A program made the position numbers and the translations under genes. DNA of 61,510 nt, filler included, from Dugesia japonica (Eukaryota), in the NCBI GenBank assembly GCA_001938525.1. It is 4 parts of 4 records of this genome, joined end to end, with 100 filler letters (N's around TTAATTAATTAA, not from the genome) between each part and the next. Parts side by side here need not be neighbours in the genome. Positions count along the whole stretch, not along the records: positions 11,101 to 30,055 come from MQRL01606828.1; 3 more parts are not named here. One strand, given 5' to 3'. Below are positions 12,231 through 24,157 of the stretch, one piece after another. Numbering within the stretch: the stretch's first letter is position 1; each line of letters starts with the position of its first letter. The notes below the pieces were generated by a model, which had not been told where the DNA came from, searched no databases, and was given only the letters and a program-made list of their open reading frames with translations.

Positions 12231-13239
12231 CAAGACTCCCCTCTTNCCCGTTCGAAAAATATGAAACTTCACTCTTCCCAGTCAAATAATACTCAAAAAT
12301 ACATCATTTTTACAAAAATAACATTACTTTCATCAAATTCATCAATGTAAGCAAAATACAGCATTTTTACTTAAAATAAAGATTTCAAACCCTTATGACG
12401 TCACACATACCCGTCAGAAGAAATTCAAATAAATATCCAAAATTCCGATAATTAATTGTCTTTCCACACATACCACTCTTCCCGCCCAAAAACGTTTTTT
12501 AAAACTTTTATACTACTTACAAATATCAACCAATCAAATTAAAGGTCTTAAAATAAAAAATCAAAGCACATTCGACATACAAAATCTTTTCCATCACATT
12601 ACGTCTCCAACAAACTATCAACCAACAAATTCCAACAAACACATACAAACCTAAAGCCTTCCTAAAAAACAACCCGTGATAACTGCTTAAAAAAAAGTGT
12701 TGCAGTGCTCCACCATAGTTGTAGGACAAACCATCCATCCAATCTCATAAGTCATTTAGACAATTTATAGACAATATTTTTGTCCAACATCAGCCAAATC
12801 ATAAAAACTCCATAAAAATTATTTCCAAGATCTCCAGCTCCTCCTCCTCCTTTTTTTCACTCTTTCACACACACACAACCACACACACAAACTCAACTTG
12901 ACCTACTTTTTAAAAACCACCTTAACAACCCAAACACACATAAATTTTAAAATNAAAAATACACACACACACCACCAGAATGATAAAAATCTGATCCGAT
13001 CAAAAAAAAATTTGATCCGATCAAAATTTTTTGATCCTAAAAATCTTAGAAAAAAAAACCAACCCAAAAATCATGGTTAAAAAAACGCAGCTAAAGCGTA
13101 ATGTGTTTCCGAGCCCCGGGGGGGGGGTCCCCCGCGATAACTGCTTAAAATAAGTGTTGCAGTGCGCCACTATCCCCCTACTTACAGAATTTGTGAAGGA
13201 TGAAGAAATAAAAACATGTAGATTATCGAAAAGAGCTTT

Positions 13240-15420
13240 ATGGACTATTTAAAAACTATAAGTCCTCCATTCATCATATACGCTGATTTTGAATCAGTAT
13301 TATTACCGGATGAAGATTATCATAAAAAACATTTACCTATTACAGCTGGACTTTTGCTAGTTAACAATTACACTAAAGAAACAAAATATCAAGAATTTAT
13401 CGGAAACGACTGTTTTCAAGTTTTTGAAAGAGATTGAGAAAATCAATAAGAATATAGTATATTCATATTATATGAATAATGGAAAAAAGAAGATGAATAT
13501 AACTCTGGATCAAGAAATTTCTTTTGCTGCTACCAAAACATGTCATTTATGTGAGAAATTATTAATAAATCCTGTTAGAGACCACAATCATTTACAGGGG
13601 AATACATAGGTGCAGCATGCAACAGTTGCAATTTAAGCAGAAGAATGAATACGCAATTACCTGTTGTATTCAATAATTTAAGAGGATATGACATGCACCA
13701 TATTCTTAAGAATGGACTCTGTCAACTCCCACATTGGAACCTCAGCTGTATTCCCACTACAAGTGAAAAGTTATTGTGTCTTATTGCGTATCAAACGAAA
13801 TCACCTACCATTCGATTTATTGATTCATATTAATTTATCAATTCATCTATGGATTCAGCTGTTAAAATTATCAAAACAACTCCTTTAACCTTACAGGAAT
13901 TTATCGACAGCAAAATTATAATGACAAAAAGGATTTCCCCATAAAATCACGCTTTCAGTTTACAAGTCTTTGTTAATACAAAGGAAATACCACTAAAGTG
14001 GGATGGATGATGAAGAACATGAAAAATCTGTAGAGATGTGGAAAGTCTTAAAATGCAAAAACTTGCTGGACTATATGTAGGTGTACATGAAGTTGGACGT
14101 CTTTTTCCTAGCTGACGTTTTTCAGCAATTCCAAGCCAAGTCATTAGCTCACAACCGTCTGAAACACTTAAATTTCTTTTGCATTCCAGGTATGAGCTGG
14201 GCATCTGCTCTGATGACACCATGTTATATCAGATGAAAACACNNNNNNNNNNNNNNNNNNNNNNNNNNNNNNNNNNNNNNNNNNNNNNNNNNNNNNNNNN
14301 NNNNNNNNNNNNNNNNNNNNNNNNNNNNNNNNNNNNNNNNNNNNNNNNNNNNNNNNNNNNNNNNNNNNNNNNNNNNNNNNNNNNNNNNNNNNNNNNNNNN
14401 NNNNNNNNNNNNNNNNNNNNNNNNNNNNNNNNNNNNNNNNNNNNNNNNNNNNNNNNNNNNCAATGTGCTCCAGGAAGCAAGGTCAAGAAATTAATGTTGA
14501 CTCATTATTCAAAGTTCAATTACGTAGTGCACTGAAGATTACTGCAAATGTACTTGCAATTAAGAATGCAAGTTACAAATGTTCACATGGCAGTTAGATT
14601 TACACAAGATCATATTTTCAAGCAATATATCGATGAAAACATCAAATTAACGGCTGAAAGTGTGAATGAATTAGATAAAAATTACTATAAGCTCATGAAC
14701 TACAGCTTGTATGGCAAATCAGTTGAAAATCTGAAGAAACGAATAAACTTGAGAATATGTAATTCAGCAAAGAAGTTAGTGACCTATATATCAAAACCAT
14801 GGTTTACAAGAACCATTAAGATCGATATAGATTTAATAGCGGTACAATTAAATAAAGACATTGTGTGTCTCAAAAGACCGAGTTAATTAGGACTGACTGT
14901 TCTCGATGTAAGCAAATTACGAATGTATCGACTTCAATACATTGAGTTAGAGAAGTATAGGAAACAAGAAAATTGTGCGATAGCAATAGTAGCTGGGGAT
15001 GCCGATAGTTTTTTTCTTAGAGGTTAGGAACATTAAGTTGGAAAAGTTATTGTCACTGATGGTAAAAGACCGATTATTAGATACTTCAAATTACTTACCA
15101 GACCACACTCTTTATAACATGGAACTCAATTCGGTGGTAGGAAAGTTTAAGGACAAAAATAACGGAAGGAAATATAAAGAATGGGTTTTCCTGAGACTGA
15201 AGTGTTATGGCTTACTTAGCGAGAAGGAATCGATGAAGGCTAAGGGCATAACATTAAATGGTACGAACATAAATCATCAATCGTACTTTGATTGTTAGAA
15301 TAACAGACAATTTAGAATAAGAACGAAAAACTACCAGTTGTACAGTTTCTTAAAACCAAAAGTCGCATTAACTAATAATGATGACAAAAACATAAGCATA
15401 CCATACGGGCATTATTCTAT
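13240..15420 (+). pseudogene. Polinton/Maverick protein-primed family B DNA polymerase (degraded)
   Basis: YADFES; CHLC..VRDHNH..GAACNSCN (endonuclease VII-like); NLRGYDMH; IRFIDSY; KLMNYSLYGK; GDADS; GKFKD; KAKGI. Confidence 0.92.
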
Positions 15421-15839
15421 TTCATAATAAATAAGAGTTAAATGAAAAGAAATGCATGTGCAGGTAAATTATTTTGTTATTTGAAATTATTAATTTTTAC
15501 TATTAAGATCTAATTTGCAACAAAGATCCCGATTGAAATGACTATAATTATTTGTGTGTTATCGACATTTTGTGTTTTGATGTCTTTTGATTTTCTCATT
15601 ATTATTATCATTACTATTATTATTGTCCAAGACTTATTAATGTTAAAACTTCCAAAAGATGACCGTTTCACTACTTAAAAATTTGAAAATGTTGTTTAAT
15701 TTAGATAAGAAATCATAAAAATCAATTAATTTAAACAAAAGCAATTATTTTCACTTAATTTAAACAAAAGTAATAAATTGCATGTTATCATCCGCCACGC
15801 GCAAAATTTAAAATTCTTCGAGAAAAAAAAATTCTAAAA

Positions 15840-15927
15840 AAAGTGAGGAAAAAAAATTGACCAAAGAAAAATTTTTCTCTCGGGGTTGGGGGGGGGGTGG
15901 TGTCCCCGTCACTACTATCTATCTACT
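15840..15927 (-). repeat. Candidate Polinton terminus (AGTAG...) downstream of pPolB
   Basis: Reverse complement AGTAGATAGATAGTAGTGACGGGGACACCACCCC...; a similar AGTAG/G-run end lies at 13110-13182. Confidence 0.5.
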
Positions 15928-16892
15928 TTCCTCCACATGGCAGGGTAGATACAACATTACTAAGTTCACTCAATGTATTAGATTGAAATGTTGATAGTAA
16001 TTTTACATCGTTAGCTAGTAGTAACTGAGTAGTTTTCATACGAGCATTTAATAATTCATTAATAACAACATTTTTGGTGAATGTGTGATTGTCATTTAAA
16101 ATCGTTTCTTGATAAACAGATAAATAACTAATAGATTTCAGGAATTTTTAATAATTACAATCAATACAATAATTTGATAGAACCTTATATTTTAATGAAA
16201 TTTTAGGAATTGTTTTAAAAATAAATAATATTTTAATTTTACTTAAAAAATAAATTAATATTTTCAAAGACATTTAATTGAAAAAAGTTTAAAAACCATT
16301 CTCGCTGATAAAAGCCTTAAAATTATTTATATTTTTGAAATTTTCAATTCTCTATCTTTTTTAATTACTTTTAAAAATTAGAATAAATGTAATTTTAACA
16401 TTTTTTAGAGAAAAGATTAATTGTAGTTTTGATATTTTAAAAAAAATAAAAGTATTTTATTCAAAATGTTTAAATATATTACAAATTTTATGTTGATTAA
16501 AACACTTTTAAAAAAAAATAATGTTAAATATAACTCAAATTTTAGTACATTTTAATGATTTTGACTTTATTATAAAATTCGATCCAAAACTTTATTAATT
16601 CATATTTTTTATGTAAAATTATCGTAATTTTTAACAAATTCTAAATTTAATATTAACATTTTCTAATTTTGTCATTTATTGAGTTTAGAAATAGAATTTT
16701 CTAATCTTATAATTCTACACAATTATGAAATAAAGCTTTATAAAATTTCAATTTATGCTTTAATAAGTTTTATTTTACTTTATTTTTATAATTATTATTT
16801 GTAATTTAATTTAATTTAAATTTATTATTTTTGATTATATTTAAAACAAAATAATAAATTTGTTTTAATTCCAACAATAATTTGATCTTAAA

Positions 16893-18431
16893 ATGGAAAA
16901 ATTTTGTACAATATGTTTTGAAGTGGTTAATGAAAATTACGCAACAGTAAATGAGTGTAATCATGTGTTTTGTTTTAATTGTTTGAATAATATCATAATT
17001 ACACATAATCCCAAATGTCCATTGGANNNNNNNNNNNNNNNNNNNNNNNNNNNNNNNNNNNNNNNNNNNNNNNNNNNNNNNNNNNNNNNNNNNNNNNNNN
17101 NNNNNNNNNNNNNNNNNNNNNNNNNNNNNNNNNNNNNNNNNNNNNNNNNNNNNNNNNNNNNNNNNNNNNNNNNNNNNNNNNNNNNNNNNNNNNNNNNNNN
17201 NNNNNNNNNNNNNNNNNNNNNNNNNNNNNNNNNNNNTTCAACAAAGGAGAACGAAAATACAGATGTATTGAAACTTTATCGATCAATCAGAATAATATAT
17301 GGCTTAGCATTCAGACCGATAGCAAATCTTGAAGAGATATTCCAGTCCGAAGAAACTTCTCCGCTTTTAGTAAATTTAAAATACTGGGGCAGATTAACTT
17401 CTAGTGTCGATTATTTAAATAACCGTTTACTATTAGGCGGATTTAGAACTACAAATAATTGGTTACATGAAAATAAAGATAAAATCAAAATGGAAATTCA
17501 AAAACGGAAAGAAATATTTCCAATTTTAAATGCATTTATTATTTCCTATCCAGTTAAGAATCAGTTTATCTATAAATCTCTCTGCCCTAATAATGACACG
17601 AGAAACATAAATCAATGTTTGATTTGTTTAAATGAAGTAGATAAAAATATTTATGGAAAATTTAAAACTTGCAATCATAAATTATGTTTGAAATGTGTTG
17701 AAAAATATTGGATTTCTCATGGAAACTGTCCATTGGATTCTGAGAGAAGTGAAGAATTTAATATAAAGATTCATGACAATCATGATTCGCGAGAACAAAT
17801 CGATATGGCTCATGATTATTTATTGGGAAATTGTGAAAAAATTATTTATAGAAATATTCACGACTTAATCAATGATAAAATCAGATTAATCGATAAAATA
17901 TTGAACAACAAAGAAGATTTCTTTAAATATGTAAAGCTATTGATTTGTTCATATCGAAACATCCGAGAAAAAGAAAATGGTCAAAGTGAAATAAATTATT
18001 TTGCAGACTTCAAATGGAATCCTGAAATATCGTGTTTGTGGGAACAATATAAATTGTGTCTAATAAAAGAAGATCCTTTTCATCACTTCACCAGGAGATT
18101 TTGTTTACATTATTCTGAAAATACTTATCAAAATATTTTTGAATTGTTTATTAATATTAACGAAAAATATTTTTATATATTTTTGGATTTTGATTTTTAT
18201 TTTAAATTGGAATCTCAGCACAGTTGCAAAAATAGAATAAGAGGAATATTCGAGTTGAAAAAGTTTATTGGATATATTTATATGAACATCGATTGGAGCG
18301 TTTTAACGGAAACTGAATCTTATCATCAATCAATGAAATCATTCATCGATTTCTTAGGAAGTGTTAGTGAAATATTATCCAATGATGATTTGATCAGAAA
18401 TGATTTGTTATATGATTTATTATTATTGTAA
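16893..18431 (+). CDS. Intronless protein with two C3HC4-type RING fingers (putative E3 ubiquitin ligase)
   Basis: CTIC..CNHVFCFNC..CPL and CLIC..CNHKLCLKC..CPLD. About 1.2 kb is stop-free after the N gap; frame across the gap is unverified. AATAAA at ~18440. Confidence 0.8.
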   Translation: MEKFCTICFEVVNENYATVNECNHVFCFNCLNNIIITHNPKCPLXXXXXXXXXXXXXXXXXXXXXXXXXXXXXXXXXXXXXXXXXXXXXXXXXXXXXXXXXXXXXXXXXXXXXXXSTKENENTDVLKLYRSIRIIYGLAFRPIANLEEIFQSEETSPLLVNLKYWGRLTSSVDYLNNRLLLGGFRTTNNWLHENKDKIKMEIQKRKEIFPILNAFIISYPVKNQFIYKSLCPNNDTRNINQCLICLNEVDKNIYGKFKTCNHKLCLKCVEKYWISHGNCPLDSERSEEFNIKIHDNHDSREQIDMAHDYLLGNCEKIIYRNIHDLINDKIRLIDKILNNKEDFFKYVKLLICSYRNIREKENGQSEINYFADFKWNPEISCLWEQYKLCLIKEDPFHHFTRRFCLHYSENTYQNIFELFININEKYFYIFLDFDFYFKLESQHSCKNRIRGIFELKKFIGYIYMNIDWSVLTETESYHQSMKSFIDFLGSVSEILSNDDLIRNDLLYDLLLL

Positions 18432-18485
18432 AAACAACCAATAAAAAGAAGAATTAAATTGAAACTAGAAATAAATATTAAAATT

Positions 18486-18551
18486 TTTCATTAAAATAAG
18501 ATAAGGCTTCGATAAGGCTTTTGATCGAAGCCTTATCTTATTTTAATGAAA
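18486..18551. repeat. Perfect 28-bp inverted repeat with 10-nt spacer, at the end of a dispersed repeat copy
   Basis: TTTCATTAAAATAAGATAAGGCTTCGAT / ATCGAAGCCTTATCTTATTTTAATGAAA. Confidence 0.9.
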
Positions 18552-19294
18552 TCTCAAATCCGATCAATGGTTAAGTCCAACAATTATTCTCACAATAATT
18601 GTAATTATAAAATATTAAAATTTTGTTTAATAAATTTCTCTTATTGCTTTGTTGTTTTTTTTTGGTTTTTCTTAAATTAGTTGCGCGGAAAATATGGAAA
18701 ACTTCATTGCAATTTTGATAATTTAAAATTAATATTGACATTTTACCAATTTCGTTACAGTCACGATGAATTTTACAGAAATTTAAAATATTGAAAATTA
18801 TTAATTGACATCATTTTATAAATTAATAATAAATTATAGTAAAATTAACATTTAATTACCAACATAAATGAAAGATCCACCGATTGCAGCAGAACAACTG
18901 ACAATACGATATCGATCTATCGCAATTGATTCAACTAAGTCATAACGATAAAAAAAAATCTTCTTTCAATATAGCTAAAAATAATTCAGAATTTAAATCC
19001 AAATTTTCAATTTTTAGAAAATAATATAATTTTTCAGGACGAAATATTTAAGTTATTTCCACAAAATATGTGTTGGAAAGAAATAATAAATAGATCGACA
19101 CCATTCGATAAACAAACAAATTTTTTATGAACAGTAGATGTAAAAATGCGTTCGCCTGTCACGGTTGTACCATTTTGTCACGTACACGTATAATAGTGCA
19201 TTGTGCAAATAAAAAAACAATATTGCAGGCGAACGCATTTTTACATCTACTTATTGGTTTGATTTTTTAATTTTTTATTAAATTATTATTTTAC

Positions 19295-20375
19295 AAATTA
19301 ATTACCTTTTGTAATTTATGGTGATTTTGAAAGTTGAACTAATTCCAACACAAATAAACCAAAACCTTTATCACTTGGAATTTACATAAAAAGTAAATAT
19401 CAACATTTAATTAAAAATGAATATAAAGTATTTTATGGAGAAAACATACACGAACAGTTTTTTGGATTTTTAGAAGAAATTACCAAAGAAACTATCATTT
19501 CCATATGAATATGTAAAAGGAGAAAATATTAATCAAGTGATTCAATTATTAAAATCAAATAATATTCCAACAAGAGAAGATTTCAATAATAAACTAAAAC
19601 AACAAAAAATAAGTGATCAAGAATATAATGAATTTATACAAGATTTTAATCAATTTGGGAATTTATTTGATTATATGATGTATTACATGAAATTAGATGT
19701 AATTATTTTAGCAGAATTCTTTGAAAACTTTAGAGAGATTTGTCTAAATAATTATCAAATAGATCCTAGTTATTGTTATTCTGCACCAGGATNNNNNNNN
19801 NNNNNATGAACAAAATTTACACAAGTAAAATTAAAATATGCAAAAGAAGATACATACAACACATTTTTAAAAATAGAAAGAGGGGTTAGAGATGGTTTCT
19901 CAGGTTTTTATGGAGAAAGACAAGTATTTATTCATAATAAAAATGAAAATCCTAGTTATAAAATATTAAATAAAGCTCAATTTGAAGATTAAATAAAATT
20001 AATGAAAGAAGGAAAAACAATTCCAGAAGAATATTTTGAGGATACATTTATAAAATATTTAGATGAAAATTCATTATACGCATCTTGCATAACTAAGCCT
20101 TTACCAACAAGTAGAATTAATGAATCTGATAACTTAGAATATAAAAAATCAACAGATAAAATAAATTACATTTTTGAAGTTGATTCATGAAAAAACAAAA
20201 TATTTTCCTTTAGCACCAGATAGAATAAATATAACTGAAGAAATGTTAGGACCATATCAACTAGGTTTTAATAAGAAATTATCTAAGAAAAATGTAAAAT
20301 TAACTTTAAACCAATTTGACAAAGAAAATTATATAGTTTTAGGAAGTACATTAAATTTGTTTTTAAGTTTTCAAT
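19295..20375 (+). pseudogene. pPolB fragments (second Polinton family; internal deletion and C-terminal truncation)
   Basis: LPFVIYGDFES; FPYEY; YMKLDVIILAEFFENFR..IDPSYCYSAPG; YLDENSLY; FPLAPD. Confidence 0.9.
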
Positions 20376-20379
20376 TGCT

Positions 20380-20534
20380 TTAATCGTAGGCTGTTGTTGT
20401 GTAGTTAAAGAATCTTGTAAAGTTTTTGATTCAATTACTCCTGTAGTAAATAAATTATCATAGTCATCTTGAGCTTTAATTAATTCTTTCAAAAGTTTTA
20501 TTCTTTCTGTCATTTGTTCACCATCCATTTTCAT
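20380..20534 (-). pseudogene. Truncated Polinton accessory ORF
   Basis: Overlaps the stop of the upstream ORF; QQQPTIKAIE fuses into the antisense of polB at a deletion junction. Confidence 0.4.
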
Positions 20535-20997
20535 AAAGTTTTAAATACAAACCACCACCTTTTACTTTAACTAGTATTCTATTTTTAAAGTTTTTAGTAA
20601 TCATCTTCAACTCTGAGTTTGGTAAACTATTTTTTAAATATTTATGAATTGCGCTTCCTTGATAAGGTTTTAAATATAATCCACTTCCAGTTTTATTTTC
20701 ATGTGCTTCTTCTTTTTTAATTTTATTTTCTAAACCTTTTTTCTGTAATTCAACTAACTCATTTTCTTTTTGTTTTTTAATTGCATCTCTGGAATTACTT
20801 ACTGTACTTGCTACCACGGTAGCAGCTATTATCCCAGGAATTAAAGGAAATAATCCACCTTCATGTTCTTTTGATTTCTTTTTTATTTCTTCTTTAACTT
20901 GTTTAGCAATCCAATAGTTTTTACCATTAATTTTTACAGATTTACATTTATTTGAATTTACAAAATCAATTAATTCTTGTTCTGATATTGAAGACAT
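20518..20997 (-). CDS. Polinton virion core/membrane-active-like protein (adenovirus pX-like hydrophobic segment)
   Basis: EGGLFPLIPGIIAA followed by two G(S/G)GLYLK repeats; ORF intact. Confidence 0.6.
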   Translation of the reverse strand: MSSISEQELIDFVNSNKCKSVKINGKNYWIAKQVKEEIKKKSKEHEGGLFPLIPGIIAATVVASTVSNSRDAIKKQKENELVELQKKGLENKIKKEEAHENKTGSGLYLKPYQGSAIHKYLKNSLPNSELKMITKNFKNRILVKVKGGGLYLKLYENGW

Positions 20998-21282
20998 TTT
21001 GTTAAGCTAAATATTTTTATTAATAAAAATGAAATATGCTGATAAGGAAAGTATAATGGAGAAAGAAATAACATATTTTTTCAAGATATAAATAATTTAG
21101 AAATTTTTATCGAAGATTATAAATTAGTAATTTTTTTAAACATATATATGAATATATTAAAAGATTTAAAAATGAAGATTTGAATTTAAAGATGAAATAA
21201 GATTTAAAGGTTAAAAGATGATGTAAGATTTGGAAATAAAGTTGAATTTGAAAATATAATTGAAACTGAAACTCCAAAAGGT

Positions 21283-21783
21283 ATGTATGTATTTAAACCT
21301 GAATCTAGATCAATACTTGAATATAATGTTAAACGTGAAATTCCCAAAGAACTCGAAAATATGGATAAAGTATTTATTGAATATAAACTAGAACAATCAT
21401 TGCCTTCAACAAGTATTCAATCTAGAAATAAAGATTTCAAAGAATTATTTTTAAAATCCTTCAAAAGTATGGAAAATGATTTACCTGAGATTATACCTAT
21501 TGAAAAGAATACATGTATAGATTCATTAATTATTAATATTAAAACATTAGATTCCAATTTAATTAATTTTAAAAATAAATCAAATGATGATTATTATAAT
21601 TTAAGAAGAGACTATAAAATTTTAGCTAAAGGAGTTGAAAGAAAAAAACATGAACTTTTAAAAATATTACAAAATAATGATAATAAAAATTCTTATCTAT
21701 ATATTACTAAATTATTGAAATATTATAAGTTATGTAAACATTTCCCAATTTTATTTAATTGTACATTATCTTGGCATAGATAA
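21283..21783 (+). CDS. Polinton hypothetical protein (probably extends past the stop)
   Basis: 166-aa ORF inside the element; no motif recognised. Confidence 0.45.
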   Translation: MYVFKPESRSILEYNVKREIPKELENMDKVFIEYKLEQSLPSTSIQSRNKDFKELFLKSFKSMENDLPEIIPIEKNTCIDSLIINIKTLDSNLINFKNKSNDDYYNLRRDYKILAKGVERKKHELLKILQNNDNKNSYLYITKLLKYYKLCKHFPILFNCTLSWHR

Positions 21784-22139
21784 ATAATAATTTAAAAAGA
21801 ATAGAAGAAATTTTAAATCAAGATCATGAAAAAATAATTTTAGATGTAGTAATTTTAAATAAAGAAGAAGAAGACTTTGAAGGACTTCATGAAGATCCGA
21901 AAGGACCCCATGAAAACTAAAAATGTTTTTCAGTAGGAAATTATTACCTCTTACCTCCTCTTTTTACTTCTCTCCTATTTCCTCGTACCTCTCTCCTCTT
22001 TCCTCCTAACCCTCTCTTCCTCTTTTCACCTCTCAATTTAAGAGGTAGAAAAATGTTAAAAGAGGTAGGAAGATTTTTAAATTACACCTATCACCTCTTT
22101 CTCTTTCTCTTTCATCTTTTTCTCATCTTCGAATAAATC

Positions 22140-22872
22140 CTCCATTAAAATTTCAGCTTCTCTATCCAAATAGTAATAATTATACTTTGTTTTTCAATAT
22201 AAATTTACATTATAATCATATTCCATTTTACTAGAAAATATATTACTAAACAAATCATAATAAACATTGTCTTTATCAGTTTTATTTAATTTGAAAAATA
22301 TAAAACAGTTACAATTATTTCTAATAGAGTTTTTATCTAAATGAAAATATGTTTGGGAAACATAAATTAAATTACAATTAACATGTCTACCTCTAGTAAA
22401 ATAACTTTTTTGAATTTTTTGATCTTTCACATTTACAAAAACATCGAAAATTATTAAATTCTTTTTCTATTTAGATAATTTATCACAAGGAATAATTTCA
22501 TTTGCTATATTACTTAAAACTACATTAATTAATTTTGGTTTGTTTATTAAATACTTTTTTTATAAACCACTCAATAACTTGTAATGGTGTTATTAAAGAA
22601 TCAGGAACTATGTTTTGGTGTAAAATAAAAATGAAATCTTCTTTTGTTAATCCATTTTCAAAACCATGATAAAGTAATTGTAATTCAAATTGATTTATAG
22701 TTGTGGAATAAATTATCAAAAAGTCATAATCCAAAAACTCTGGTGTTAATATCATTTTCATAAACAAAACATTTTTACTTTATCCAGAAAATCCTTTTAA
22801 TAATAATCTAAAATTAGATGGAAAGATTTTATTATTAAATATGTTTTTATTTTTATTCCAAATTAAAGCCAT
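22140..22872 (-). pseudogene. A32/FtsK-like packaging ATPase
   Basis: RLLLKGFSG*SK (Walker A); LIIFDV (Walker B); FTRGRHVNCNLIYVSQTYF..IRNN. Confidence 0.88.
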
Positions 22873-22899
22873 TTTTATTTATTAAAATTTATAAATTAG

Positions 22900-24157
22900 T
22901 TTTCTGAAGTTCATTACTATAAAATCTACCCAAAATCTTCTCATTTTCTTAATCAGAAATTCCATAAGTAAAAGGATTTGTTTTATAAACTTGAGTTACT
23001 ACAAATATTTCATTTGTCCATTTAGCTGTAAAACATTTTTCAAATTTATATTTTCATTTAAAGATTCTAACTCGATCTCCAATTTTAAATTTCTGTTTCT
23101 CTTTTATAAAATCATTTTCATGATTATGCTGATTTATTATTGCTTCAATTATTTCAAGATTTTCTGATGCTTCTTTTGCAATTATTTTTATACTAGAGTG
23201 AATTGTATTATTATAATAATTTAAAATTTTATCCAACAAGTTTCTTTTCCATTTTTGGTTTCCTGTTTGTAAGTAGTTTCCTCATAATCTTCTGTGTGAT
23301 TATTTGTTTCCATAAAAAATTAACACTTGAGTTGTAAATATTTATTATAATCAACATAANNNNNNNNNNNNNNNNNNNNNNNNNNNNNNNNNNNNNNNNN
23401 NNNNNNNNNNNNNNNNNNNNNNNNNNNNNNNNNNNNNNNNNNNNNNNNNNNNNNNNNNNNNNNNNNNNNNNNNNNNNNNNNNNNNNNNNNNNNNNNNNNN
23501 NNNNNNNNNNNNNNNNNNNNNNNNNNNNNNNNNNNNNNNNNNNNNNNNNNNNNNNNNNNNNNNNNNNNNNNNNNNNNNNNNNNNNNNNNNNNNNNNNNNN
23601 NNNNNNNNNNNNNNNNNNNNNNNNNNTTAAATTATTATTCTTTTATTGATTTGCCACATAAAATTCCCCGAATCAACCTGTCTATTTAATTTACCTCACA
23701 CTGTTAATGTAAAATATTTCCACATTTTATTTTATAGAGTTCTAATAAATCTTTCAGTAAAAACCGATTTACATTCGTTTTCAGTGTGATACAAATTAAT
23801 ATCATTTTCTTTAAGAAATTTATCAAAGTATTTTGATCTAATTGCTGATTCTTTGTCAAACCATATTTTACTTGGTACCCTGTTACTAGTTTCAAATATA
23901 TTTTCATAAGCTTCTCGTAGAGATTCTTGATTTTCATTTTTCATTGGAATACAAAAGCCAAATCTAGACTATAAATCAATACAAACTAAAATATATCTAA
24001 AGCCTTCGGTATATTTTTTAAGCATATCTATAATATCACAACCCCAAGTATTATCTTTTTCTTTTATTATTACTTTTAGGAAATGGTTTGGTTTTCTATA
24101 ATTTTTAGGAAGTTCATTTGATAATATTTCTTTATTTTTAATATAGATGGAACTCAC
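22900..24157 (-). pseudogene. Retroviral-like (rve) integrase of Polinton, interrupted by insertion
   Basis: WGCDIIDM; YILVCIDL; KIWFDKES; ERFIRTL; YNNTIHSSI; KFKIGDRVRI; WTNEIFVV. Confidence 0.92.
23268..23700. mobile_element. Probable solo LTR (TGT...ACA) with 5-bp TSD
   Basis: CTGTT(23263-23267)|TGT...ACA|CTGTT(23701-23705). Removal restores integrase FTLTGNQKW. Confidence 0.8.
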
